From contig JAZKFH010000055.1 in NCBI GenBank assembly GCA_040386535.1, positions 19,817 to 83,816 of the forward strand: a stretch of 64,000 nt of DNA, written 5' to 3'. Position numbers and translations under genes: made by a program. Origin of the DNA: Myxococcota bacterium. GTDB lineage: Bacteria > Myxococcota_A > UBA796 > SXON01. Each line of letters starts with the position of its first letter. The stretch's first letter is position 1. Positions 18,464 to 26,543 of the stretch are shown here, one piece after another. Under the pieces are notes generated by a model, which saw nothing but the letters and a program-made list of their open reading frames with translations, was not told where the DNA came from and searched no databases.

Positions 18464-21400
18464 TCAGCTCGCTTCCGGAACCTGCGCTTGCGCGCTGGTG
18501 AGGTGCCGGCTCACGTAGGTGCTCAGCTGGATGACGGCGGAGGTCACGCTCCTGGCCACGCCGTCCGTCCCGAGCTCGTCGATTGTCACGGGAAGGAGCG
18601 CCTCGTATCCGAGAGCTTTCCATTCCGAGTCGGCCAGCGGTGTCCACCCGTGGCCGAGCGCGGGATTGCACGACTCGGCGATCTGTCGGCGTGCCTCGCG
18701 ATATTCGGGGCCCTTGGTCGCGTGGGTGGAGTAGAAGCCGACCACGACCTTCACCTTCTTCCCATACTTCGAGGTAAACCAAATGGAGATCCCGTGGCGG
18801 TCGTCCGCGGGGAGCCACAGCTCGCCGTCGTTGTTTTCGACCAGATCGATCTCCTCGGGCGAGCTGATCTCCCGTGGCGCGTAGTAGAGCTGCTTGGGGA
18901 GCCGCTGGCGCAACTGGCGGAGGAGCACTCGGCCGGCTTCGGGCCAGTCAAGCGCGGGCGCGCCCTGGCCAGCAGCGGTGTGTTCGCTCTCGGCGATGTC
19001 CAGCGGGGTGGCGGCCTGCGGAGTGACAAGCTGGGGGGCAGCTGCCGTGGCCGCCAACGGGGGAGCACCAACTGCGGCGCGCAGCCAGCCCGCGATCGCC
19101 ACGCACGCTGGGTCGACGCGAAGCATTTCGTCGGCGATATTCGGGAACTGCGCCGCCCCGGAGATCTTGGGGTGTCCCGGTGGCAGGTGGAGCGCCGCGG
19201 CCGCTCCCGCCAAGAGCTCCGAGCGCTCCGTGGGAGGCAGCGTGCTCCAGAATCCGACGTTCAGCACGACACCTCCGCTGGAGTATGCGGTCAACAGGGA
19301 CGGCGACCCCGAAGTCGACTTCAGCGTGAAGCTCCCCGACTGTTGTCCGCGACCCCAGGCCTGCTTCAGCCACGCGCTAGCGACCAGGTCGCGACCCACG
19401 TTGAAGAGGGTGCGATGAAGCGCGACAAGCGCCGGTGACAACGCCCGTGTCTCCAGTTCGGCGAAATAGGTGCCTTCATCCCAGGACCGTTTACCCGGCA
19501 CCTCTCCCTTCTGCAGCGACGCCTCGGACCCGGCGACAGAGGCGGCGTCGTCCACCGCCCGTTCGACGAACCTCTCGGCGAGAAACGCGAGCGTGTCCGC
19601 ATCCCTCAACCTGCACGCCGTGAGCGGCGATGCGAACATCCCTGCCTTCGTGATGGCTTCCTCCGACGGGAAGGTGGTCTGCCACCGGATCGCGCGGCCG
19701 TACTCCGCCTCGTCCGCATGCACCATGTCGTTCTTGAGCATCGCAAGGCGTGTAGTGGGGCTGATGCTCTGCTGCGATAGCGGCTGACCATCCTCCGTTA
19801 CGAACGCGTCTAAGCGGACTGCGGTGCCCGTAACGACGGTGCCTAGCCCGACGTACCCCTTGCCGGACTCGTAGGCGTAGACCGTATCTCCCGCCTTCAG
19901 GTTCTCGGCGCACTTTCGGTATCGGACGGCCCCGCCCGCACACCAAAGCCCATGAGTTCGCATGTCCGGCCAGGAGCGCCCGCCAGTGTTCAGGTACCAG
20001 ATGGTTTGCTCTCCCTGGGGGACGGCCGTGAGTGCGGACTCGTCTCCTTCTTCCTCTCGTCCACGAGTCGCCGGGCCCATTGCCGCGACCGAAGACGCGC
20101 CGACGCTCTGGGGAGCGAGCACGCCTTCCTTCGTCCTGGCCTCTTGCGGCGTCCGGAGATTCGGCGCATCATCCCGCGCTTCAAAGCGCAGGGCCATGGA
20201 AATGGGTTTGCCGGCGACGCGGGCCAGCAATTCGACCGCGAGCGCGCAGAGCTTCGAAGCGTTCCAGTTGACGTTTACGTAGCCTCCCGGCACTGGCTTG
20301 TGCGGTTGCTTGAACGGGGTGCGGGAGAGCAGAACGGCGCCGCCGGAAGTTGCGGGTGCGTCGAACGGGAGATGGTACCCGCTTGCCCCGAGGTACTCAA
20401 CGGCCGCCGCGAGCACTTCGTTGTAGTGCCTGATGGGAAGAGATGGGGCATCGCCGATCTGCACCGCCTTCAGCGGCGGGCGATCGGTGAGATCAACCGG
20501 CCAGGCCTCCCAGATGGGGGGCGCAGCGCTCGGAACCGAGCGAGCGGTCTGCCCGTGCTCGGAGGCTTCCGGGCGCCCGGGTGCAACCTCGGCTTCGGTT
20601 GGCGCCGCTGGCCTCCCGATTGGGGGGACCGGGTGTGCCTGAGTCGAGTGCGCCGCGAGGTATCGTCCGTGCATCTCCGATACGTCTTCTTCGTTCAACC
20701 CGAGCAGCGCGCGGATGCCGTCGAGCCGTTCCCGCTCGGCGGAAGAAACCCCCTCGAGGGCGGCGAGGTCTAGGACACGCTCGTAGACCTCCTTCGCCCG
20801 AACCTGGACGGACACAGCCGCTGGGGAGCTGGGGGAGGGGTCCCGCGGCCACGGCGTCGCGTTGTAGTTGAATGGAAAGAGGCGGTCACCACGACGCTTT
20901 CCGGTCAATTTGACGAGGTACTCTCCCTTGTCGAACCACTCGCGAAAGACTGCGGTGACCTTCACCGGATTCTCGTATTGGGCCTGGCACTCCATTTGGA
21001 AGGTACCATCAGTGGCCCGGGTGGCCGGTGCGCCCGGCGTCACCCAGACGTATCTGGTGAGCGTTTCCAGCACCTTGGGGCTGCTCAAAACCTCGGCCAG
21101 CGCCGGAAGCAGAACCCCGGCGATGGCAGTGTTGAGATCGTCGTCCTCCGCAGGGAAGTTCTTCTCGACGGAGTGAGAAACGTGGTTGCGATAGGCGAGC
21201 ACGTGCCCGAAGAACTCGTCGAGGCTCAGCTTGCCCTGGTCCTTTTCGGCCAGCTTCGCGGCGAGTCCGCCGACGACCTTGCCAGGAGGACGGCCAGAGG
21301 CGATCTGGTCGGACAGGTAGCACCAGGCGCGCCCGAAGAGCGCTGCCTTGGGGAGCGACTCGGAGGCCACCCTGACACGCATGTCGAGGTCGAGCACACC

Positions 21401-21715
21401 AGCCCCGCGTTCCCCGAAGTCTTGGTCCGCAAGCGCCCGGAGGAGGGTGAGCCAGTGCCCCATGGAGGCCTTGTCGTTCGTGGCGCGGATGGCCCGCTCC
21501 ACGGTCTCCACCTTGGCGTCGCTCGCGACGTAGTCCCACCATCCCATCCAGGAGAGGTACTGGAGGGTGACGAAGGACGCCCGCATCGCCTGCCAGTTCT
21601 TGCGGCGAGCCTCCGTAGCGTTGGTGATCTCTCGAATCTCGACCGCGATCGGCTTGGGAAGAGTTTGCTTGTCGAGGAGCAATTCAAGCGGATCCGGCTG
21701 ATCGTCAATGTCCAT
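18464..21715 (-). CDS. Large multidomain protein: N-terminal HEPN domain, central EVE/PUA-like domain, uncharacterised C-terminal region (1083 aa)
   Basis: The start is taken at ATG-21715 ('MDIDDQPDPLELL'); the ORF's upstream 91 codons are Arg/Trp-rich junk. HEPN: 'SMGHWLTLLRAL' followed by the Rx4H motif 'AYRNHVSH' (nt 21173-21190, checked on the DNA). PUA/EVE-like: 'TIWYLNTGGRSWPDMRTHGLWCAGG..NLKAGDTVYAYESGKGYVGLGTVV' (about nt 19570-20008). Confidence 0.75.
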   Translation of the reverse strand: MDIDDQPDPLELLLDKQTLPKPIAVEIREITNATEARRKNWQAMRASFVTLQYLSWMGWWDYVASDAKVETVERAIRATNDKASMGHWLTLLRALADQDFGERGAGVLDLDMRVRVASESLPKAALFGRAWCYLSDQIASGRPPGKVVGGLAAKLAEKDQGKLSLDEFFGHVLAYRNHVSHSVEKNFPAEDDDLNTAIAGVLLPALAEVLSSPKVLETLTRYVWVTPGAPATRATDGTFQMECQAQYENPVKVTAVFREWFDKGEYLVKLTGKRRGDRLFPFNYNATPWPRDPSPSSPAAVSVQVRAKEVYERVLDLAALEGVSSAERERLDGIRALLGLNEEDVSEMHGRYLAAHSTQAHPVPPIGRPAAPTEAEVAPGRPEASEHGQTARSVPSAAPPIWEAWPVDLTDRPPLKAVQIGDAPSLPIRHYNEVLAAAVEYLGASGYHLPFDAPATSGGAVLLSRTPFKQPHKPVPGGYVNVNWNASKLCALAVELLARVAGKPISMALRFEARDDAPNLRTPQEARTKEGVLAPQSVGASSVAAMGPATRGREEEGDESALTAVPQGEQTIWYLNTGGRSWPDMRTHGLWCAGGAVRYRKCAENLKAGDTVYAYESGKGYVGLGTVVTGTAVRLDAFVTEDGQPLSQQSISPTTRLAMLKNDMVHADEAEYGRAIRWQTTFPSEEAITKAGMFASPLTACRLRDADTLAFLAERFVERAVDDAASVAGSEASLQKGEVPGKRSWDEGTYFAELETRALSPALVALHRTLFNVGRDLVASAWLKQAWGRGQQSGSFTLKSTSGSPSLLTAYSSGGVVLNVGFWSTLPPTERSELLAGAAAALHLPPGHPKISGAAQFPNIADEMLRVDPACVAIAGWLRAAVGAPPLAATAAAPQLVTPQAATPLDIAESEHTAAGQGAPALDWPEAGRVLLRQLRQRLPKQLYYAPREISSPEEIDLVENNDGELWLPADDRHGISIWFTSKYGKKVKVVVGFYSTHATKGPEYREARRQIAESCNPALGHGWTPLADSEWKALGYEALLPVTIDELGTDGVARSVTSAVIQLSTYVSRHLTSAQAQVPEAS

Positions 21716-21791
21716 GCGTCGGCTCTCGGGGGGCGCATGGTAGCACACGGCCTCGACCCCGAAGTTGCGTGTGACCCCGACCCAGCTGTGC

Positions 21792-23756
21792 TTATCGAAC
21801 GATGGGCGTGATCCGCACCGGCGCATCCGGCTCCGGGATCGCCATGCCTTCCTCCACCCCCTCCTCCACCCCCAACTCAACGTCCCCCTCCGCCGGCCCG
21901 GCGACCTCCGCCTCCACCGCCGTGACCACCCCCGCCTCCTCCTGCAACCGCAGGATCGTGCCGTCGGCGACCATGGCGCGGAGCGCATCGTCGACCCGTT
22001 GTTTCAACGCCTCGTTACCAAGCTGCATGGCGATGCCGTACCGGTCGCGCGCGATGGGCGGGCCGGTGACACGCCAGCCCTCGGAGAGCTGGCCGGCCTC
22101 GATGGTGTCGAGGACGACAACGTCGGCGCTGCCGGCCTCGACGGCGGCGGTCGCCTTGGCGGTGGATGTGACGTCGACGAGGATGCAGGGGGTCGTTGCC
22201 ACCATGGGCGCATAGATCGCGTGGGCGGCGGCGCAGCGGACGGCGAACCAAGTGGGGTCGGGGTCGGGGCGGTCGCGGGGCACGAGCGCCCGCACCTCAG
22301 GCTCCAGGTAGGGGATCGAGTAGAGCTGCTCGAGCTCGCGTTCGGGCGTGATCGAGATGGCGCCAATTGCGAGGTCGACCTCGCCGCGGCTGGCCCGGGT
22401 ACGGACGTTGCCCGCGTGATCGAAGCGCACGCCCTGTTTGCCGAGCCGGCGGGCAAGCTCCTGGGCGAGGCGAACGTCGAAGCCGGTGGGCTCGGCGCCG
22501 GCGGTAAAGTCGAACATCGGCGGGAGCCTGGTCCCGATGGCGACGATCAGCTCGGGATCCTCGCCGGATGCCCGGAAGGGGGAGACAGGGCGCGGGGCAA
22601 CGTCGCGTTCAGCGGCCTCGACGACAGGGGCGGAGGCCGGCCGAGGAGCGTCGTGGCTATCCAACCACACAACCCAACAAATCACCGCCGCGAGGGCCAA
22701 CCCGCCGAGCATCAGCAGCGTGGTGAAGCAGCTCCACAGGGTAGCGAAGAAGCCGCGGCCCTCCCGCTTGGGCGGCGAAGTAGACGCGACCGCGGGCACG
22801 ATCTTGGCCGGCGCCGATGGCGGCGGTGCGGGCGGGGCCGTGGCCCCAGCGCGTGGTGCCTTGGCCGCCGGAGGCGGGATGGGTGAAGCGGCAGGCTTCA
22901 TCGGCGCACCCGAGATTCCGAGCGCGAACGCCTCACACCCAGGAAACCGCGCTTCCCGCTTGACCGCCAGCGCGCGCGCGATCGCCGCCGCCAAGACCGG
23001 GTCCGCCGCCACCAACGCCGCGGGCACCGTGACATCGCCCGTCACGATGGCGTTCATCGTGTCGAACTCGTTGTCGCGCGCGAACGCGGGAGTCAGCGTC
23101 GCGACCTCGAAGAGCACGGCGCCGAGGGAGAACACGTCGGAGCGGGCGTCCACGTCGTGGGCCGAGCGGACCTGCTCCGGGCTCATGTACGCGTACGTGC
23201 CCATCTGGCCGCCCGCGACCGTCGAGTGGTTGTTGGCCCTCGCAAGCTCGCCGCGCACCTTCGCGACGCCGAAATCCACCACGTAGGGGAACAACGCGCC
23301 GCCCGGTCGCGCCACCAGCAGCACGTTTTCAGGCTTGATGTCCCGGTGCACGACGCCGCGTTCGTGCGCATACGCCATGGCATCGAGCAGGGGGAGGGCG
23401 ATGGCCCGGACGGTGACCCCCGTGGGCGGTCCCGATCCGGAGGCCACGCGGGCGGCGATCCAATCCGCGAGCGTGCCACCACGGACCAGATCCATGACGA
23501 TACCGGCGGCGCCGGGCTCGGAGAGGATGTCGGTGACGCGCACGATGTTCGGGTGCTGGAGCTGGGCCTGCACGCGCGCTTCGTCGAGGAAGCGGCCCCG
23601 GATCTCGGGGCTGGTCACCCGTTCGGCACGCAGGAACTTGATGGCGTGCTCGCTCCCGAGCGTGACGTGGCGGGCGCGGTACACCTCCGCGAACGCGCCC
23701 CCGCCCAGAAGCTCCAGCACCTCGTACGTGCCGTACCTTTCGCCGGGAGCCGGCAC
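21792..23756 (-). CDS. Ser/Thr protein kinase with a transmembrane helix and an extracytoplasmic SBP_bac_3-type solute-binding domain
   Basis: Kinase: 'LLGGGAFAEVY', 'VVHRDIKPENVLL', 'VVDFGVAK', 'GTYAYMSPEQ'. TM: 'LLMLGGLALAAVICWVVWL'. SBP_bac_3-like: 'GFDVRLAQELARRLG..GEVDLAIGAISITPERE..YSIPYLE'. GTG-23756 directly abuts the stop of the upstream gene (23757-23759). Confidence 0.9.
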   Translation of the reverse strand: MPAPGERYGTYEVLELLGGGAFAEVYRARHVTLGSEHAIKFLRAERVTSPEIRGRFLDEARVQAQLQHPNIVRVTDILSEPGAAGIVMDLVRGGTLADWIAARVASGSGPPTGVTVRAIALPLLDAMAYAHERGVVHRDIKPENVLLVARPGGALFPYVVDFGVAKVRGELARANNHSTVAGGQMGTYAYMSPEQVRSAHDVDARSDVFSLGAVLFEVATLTPAFARDNEFDTMNAIVTGDVTVPAALVAADPVLAAAIARALAVKREARFPGCEAFALGISGAPMKPAASPIPPPAAKAPRAGATAPPAPPPSAPAKIVPAVASTSPPKREGRGFFATLWSCFTTLLMLGGLALAAVICWVVWLDSHDAPRPASAPVVEAAERDVAPRPVSPFRASGEDPELIVAIGTRLPPMFDFTAGAEPTGFDVRLAQELARRLGKQGVRFDHAGNVRTRASRGEVDLAIGAISITPERELEQLYSIPYLEPEVRALVPRDRPDPDPTWFAVRCAAAHAIYAPMVATTPCILVDVTSTAKATAAVEAGSADVVVLDTIEAGQLSEGWRVTGPPIARDRYGIAMQLGNEALKQRVDDALRAMVADGTILRLQEEAGVVTAVEAEVAGPAEGDVELGVEEGVEEGMAIPEPDAPVRITPIVR

Positions 23757-26543
23757 CTACGCCCCCAAGAGCCGCAGAACGCCGCTCTTGTCGGGCCCTT
23801 GCGCCAGCACGTCCGCGGGGGTGCACCGGGGACACCCATGGTCACACGGGCACCCCTGGAGCAGGCGCCGCACCCAGACGAGGGCGTTGTCGACCACGTC
23901 GGCGTCGAGGGCCTCGGCCATGCCCATGCCGCCGACGTAACGGTCCACTGCCACGATGCCGGCGGGGAGCTCGCCGTGGAGGCCAGCGTCGACGGGGATG
24001 ACGTGGACGTCGTCGTCGCCGGCGAGCAGGTGCACGAGGAGCACATGGTCGAGGCACGCGGCGAGGTGGCGGCGCGCGGGGAGGGCGGAGGGCTGGGGGA
24101 AGAACACGCCGCGTGCCCGGGTGCGGTAGCGGCTGGTGACGGGAGCGTAGGCGACCGAGCCCTCGCCGACGCGGATGCCGGCGACGGTCTCCAGCACGTC
24201 CACGTCGAACGAGGCGAGCGTGTAGACGCGGCGCTCCCTGCGGACGGTATGGGGGTCCTCGACCACGACGGCGTCGCGCACGGCCACGGCGAGCGCCGGG
24301 CTGGTCATGGCGCGGTCGGGCGCCACGCGGTTGACGTCCACGCGGTTGCGCTTGGCGTCGAAGGCGTGGAGGGGCACCTCGTACCGGAGGTCGCAGTCCG
24401 CGAACACGCGCTGGGGGTAGAAGCGGGTCTCGACGACCGCGCGATCGCAGCGTCCGAGGAGGCGCCCGTCGTTCCGATCACGGATCTCGACCACGTCCTC
24501 GGTGACCGTGTCGCGCAGGGTCCCGTCGAGGTCCCCGGTCTGGGCCGGCGCCAGCGCGACGCGCCAGAGGCCTTCGCGCGAGGGAGTACGTCGCAACACG
24601 AAGGCGTCGGCCTCCGCGGTGGGGTGCGCGTACTGGTCGGTGAGGGAGCGGCCGAAGAGCCCGGACAGCGAGTCGATGTCCTGGCGGCCCTCGCGCAACG
24701 CGGCGACGAGGTGGGTACGCGCGAGGTGCGTGTTGGCATAGCCGACGAGGGGGCGCGGCGCGGGGAGGCGGCCCTGGGCGGCGGAGGCGCGCAGGTTGTC
24801 GGGCCCGGTGAGGAGCCGGGTGATGGGGCTCGTGGGCCAGGCCCAGAGCGCGTGGTGGGTGCCGCCGTGTTCGAGGGGGAGGCGGTTCGCCAAGGTGCGC
24901 CACGCGCCGACGAGCCAGGTCTCGTCAAGCTGGCTGATGGATGCGTCCCCGCCGAGCGTGGCGCCACGATGCAGGCGTACGTCGGCCCCCCATACCTGCA
25001 CGCCGGCGTCGAACGCGCCGGTGGGATCGCCCACGGCGACGGCGAGCGCGCGCTGGGCGAGAGGCTCGGCGGCGCGGCGGGGCCAGGGGTCCCCTGGCTT
25101 CGTGACGAAGCGCTCGGCGGCGGGCCAGACCTTCACGGCCGCGGAGGAGCGGGGCGCGAACGGGACGGCGGAGACGCGGATGGGGGGGAAGAGCCTCTCC
25201 ACGAGGCCGATGGTGCCCGAGCCGCCGAGGCCGGTAGCGAGGACCGAGAAGCGCGCGCCGGCGGCGCCAAGCGCAAGCGCGAGACGACGGAGCGTGAAGA
25301 AGCGGTGGGTGGCGACGAGTGGCGAGCCGCGGTCGACCTGGGAGAGGACGACGAGGCCGACGGTGCGTGCCCACGGGACGCCGTCGCCGACGGTGCTGTT
25401 CCAGAGGGCGCGGATGCCACGCGAGGAGAGCTCGTTCGTGTCGAGGAACGCCACGGCTGGCATGCGGCGCTGGCCGAGGGCGAGCCGGAGTTCCTCCTCG
25501 CCGACGACGAGCGGACCGCCGCTCCAAGCGCCGCTCAGCACGAGGGCCGCAGCGACCGTTTCGCGGAGGACGCGTGGCTGCTCAGTTACGACGAGGCAGG
25601 GGATGCCGGCGCCCTGGGCCGCGAGGAGGATGCTCGCCGCGAGGAAGGTGGCCTCGGTGGGATCGGGGAGATCGCCCACGAGCCAGCCCTGGCCGGGCTT
25701 GTCCGCGAGGCGCGCGATCTGCTCCAGCGCGAGCGGGGGCGCTCCGATGGCGCCGACGTGCCGCCACGCGTCGGCCGCGAAGCCGGGCCCGCCGGCGCCG
25801 CGGACGGCGGGGATCTCCATGAGGGGAGGTGCGGCTACGTCGAGCGCTCCTCGCTCGCGCCAAAGCGCCGGGATGTCGACGCGGTCGGGGCGGAACGCCT
25901 CGACCTCGGCTTCAGGTGCGGCGGCTGGGGGGAGGGCGCGTCCGGCCAGGGTCCAGATGGCGAGGCAGGCCATCGCGACGGGGAGGAGGGCCGCGCCGTC
26001 GAGCAGGACGCGTGTGGCGGGCTGGATCTGGCCGACGACGTAGGCGTGGTCGAGCCCGAGGAGGGTGAGGAGCGTCGCGACGACGACGACGATCCCGGCC
26101 GGCCCGGCGAGGGGGATGCGGAAGGCGGGCCGGCCCTCGTCCCCGCGGAGCCGGAAGGCGGCGATGGCCGCGAAAGGGACGACAAGCGAGCCATTGAACG
26201 CCGCGAGCGGAAAGACGAGGTCGGCGGGGAGCGTCCTGGTGAGATCGAGGGCCACCGGCGCGCCGGGAACCGCGGGGACCGCGACCGGCCCGTTCACCCA
26301 GGCGGCGAAGGACACGATCCACGCGGCGGGATCGGCGCCGGAGCCGGTCACGAGCCCGAGGAGCCGGGCGAGGACGGCCCACCCGAGGAGCACGGGGACG
26401 GCCCAGCCGAGGGCGATGGCGGCGCGGCGGGCGCGGGTGCCCGGGCCGACAATCAGCATCGCCGTGAGCCACGCGAGCAACGGCCCGCCGATCGCTATCA
26501 GGCCGAGCAGGGCCTTGCCCCAGCCGGGGAGGGAGAAGGCCAT
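23757..26543 (-). CDS. Polytopic membrane protein with an apparently inactivated MrfA/YprA-type helicase core and a C-terminal DUF1998 zinc-finger domain
   Basis: ATG-26543 ('MAFSLPGWGKALLGLIAIGG') overlaps the upstream stop by 1 nt (TAATG). The N-terminal ~270 aa contain several hydrophobic helices. 'GDLPDPTEATFLAASILL' sits where motif I (GSGKT) is expected. 'VGLVVLSQVDRGSPLVATHRFFTLRRLALAL' sits where 'DExH..G..G.H.....RRL' is expected. The C-terminus 'GCPCDHGCPRCT' is the DUF1998 Cys cluster. The 5' 312 codons of ORF 23757-27479 are Arg/Pro junk that overlaps the upstream gene. Confidence 0.75.
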   Translation of the reverse strand: MAFSLPGWGKALLGLIAIGGPLLAWLTAMLIVGPGTRARRAAIALGWAVPVLLGWAVLARLLGLVTGSGADPAAWIVSFAAWVNGPVAVPAVPGAPVALDLTRTLPADLVFPLAAFNGSLVVPFAAIAAFRLRGDEGRPAFRIPLAGPAGIVVVVATLLTLLGLDHAYVVGQIQPATRVLLDGAALLPVAMACLAIWTLAGRALPPAAAPEAEVEAFRPDRVDIPALWRERGALDVAAPPLMEIPAVRGAGGPGFAADAWRHVGAIGAPPLALEQIARLADKPGQGWLVGDLPDPTEATFLAASILLAAQGAGIPCLVVTEQPRVLRETVAAALVLSGAWSGGPLVVGEEELRLALGQRRMPAVAFLDTNELSSRGIRALWNSTVGDGVPWARTVGLVVLSQVDRGSPLVATHRFFTLRRLALALGAAGARFSVLATGLGGSGTIGLVERLFPPIRVSAVPFAPRSSAAVKVWPAAERFVTKPGDPWPRRAAEPLAQRALAVAVGDPTGAFDAGVQVWGADVRLHRGATLGGDASISQLDETWLVGAWRTLANRLPLEHGGTHHALWAWPTSPITRLLTGPDNLRASAAQGRLPAPRPLVGYANTHLARTHLVAALREGRQDIDSLSGLFGRSLTDQYAHPTAEADAFVLRRTPSREGLWRVALAPAQTGDLDGTLRDTVTEDVVEIRDRNDGRLLGRCDRAVVETRFYPQRVFADCDLRYEVPLHAFDAKRNRVDVNRVAPDRAMTSPALAVAVRDAVVVEDPHTVRRERRVYTLASFDVDVLETVAGIRVGEGSVAYAPVTSRYRTRARGVFFPQPSALPARRHLAACLDHVLLVHLLAGDDDVHVIPVDAGLHGELPAGIVAVDRYVGGMGMAEALDADVVDNALVWVRRLLQGCPCDHGCPRCTPADVLAQGPDKSGVLRLLGA

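Noticed and set aside
21716-21988. 5' extension of ORF 18464-21988. The same pattern occurs at 32152-32268, 34263-34721, 45768-46181, 55887-56054 and 55877-56008.
   Set aside because: All these N-terminal extensions are Arg/Trp/Gly-rich and overlap neighbouring genes or intergenic DNA. Each has an internal ATG/GTG followed by protein-like sequence (signal peptide, kinase G-loop and so on), and that internal start was used.
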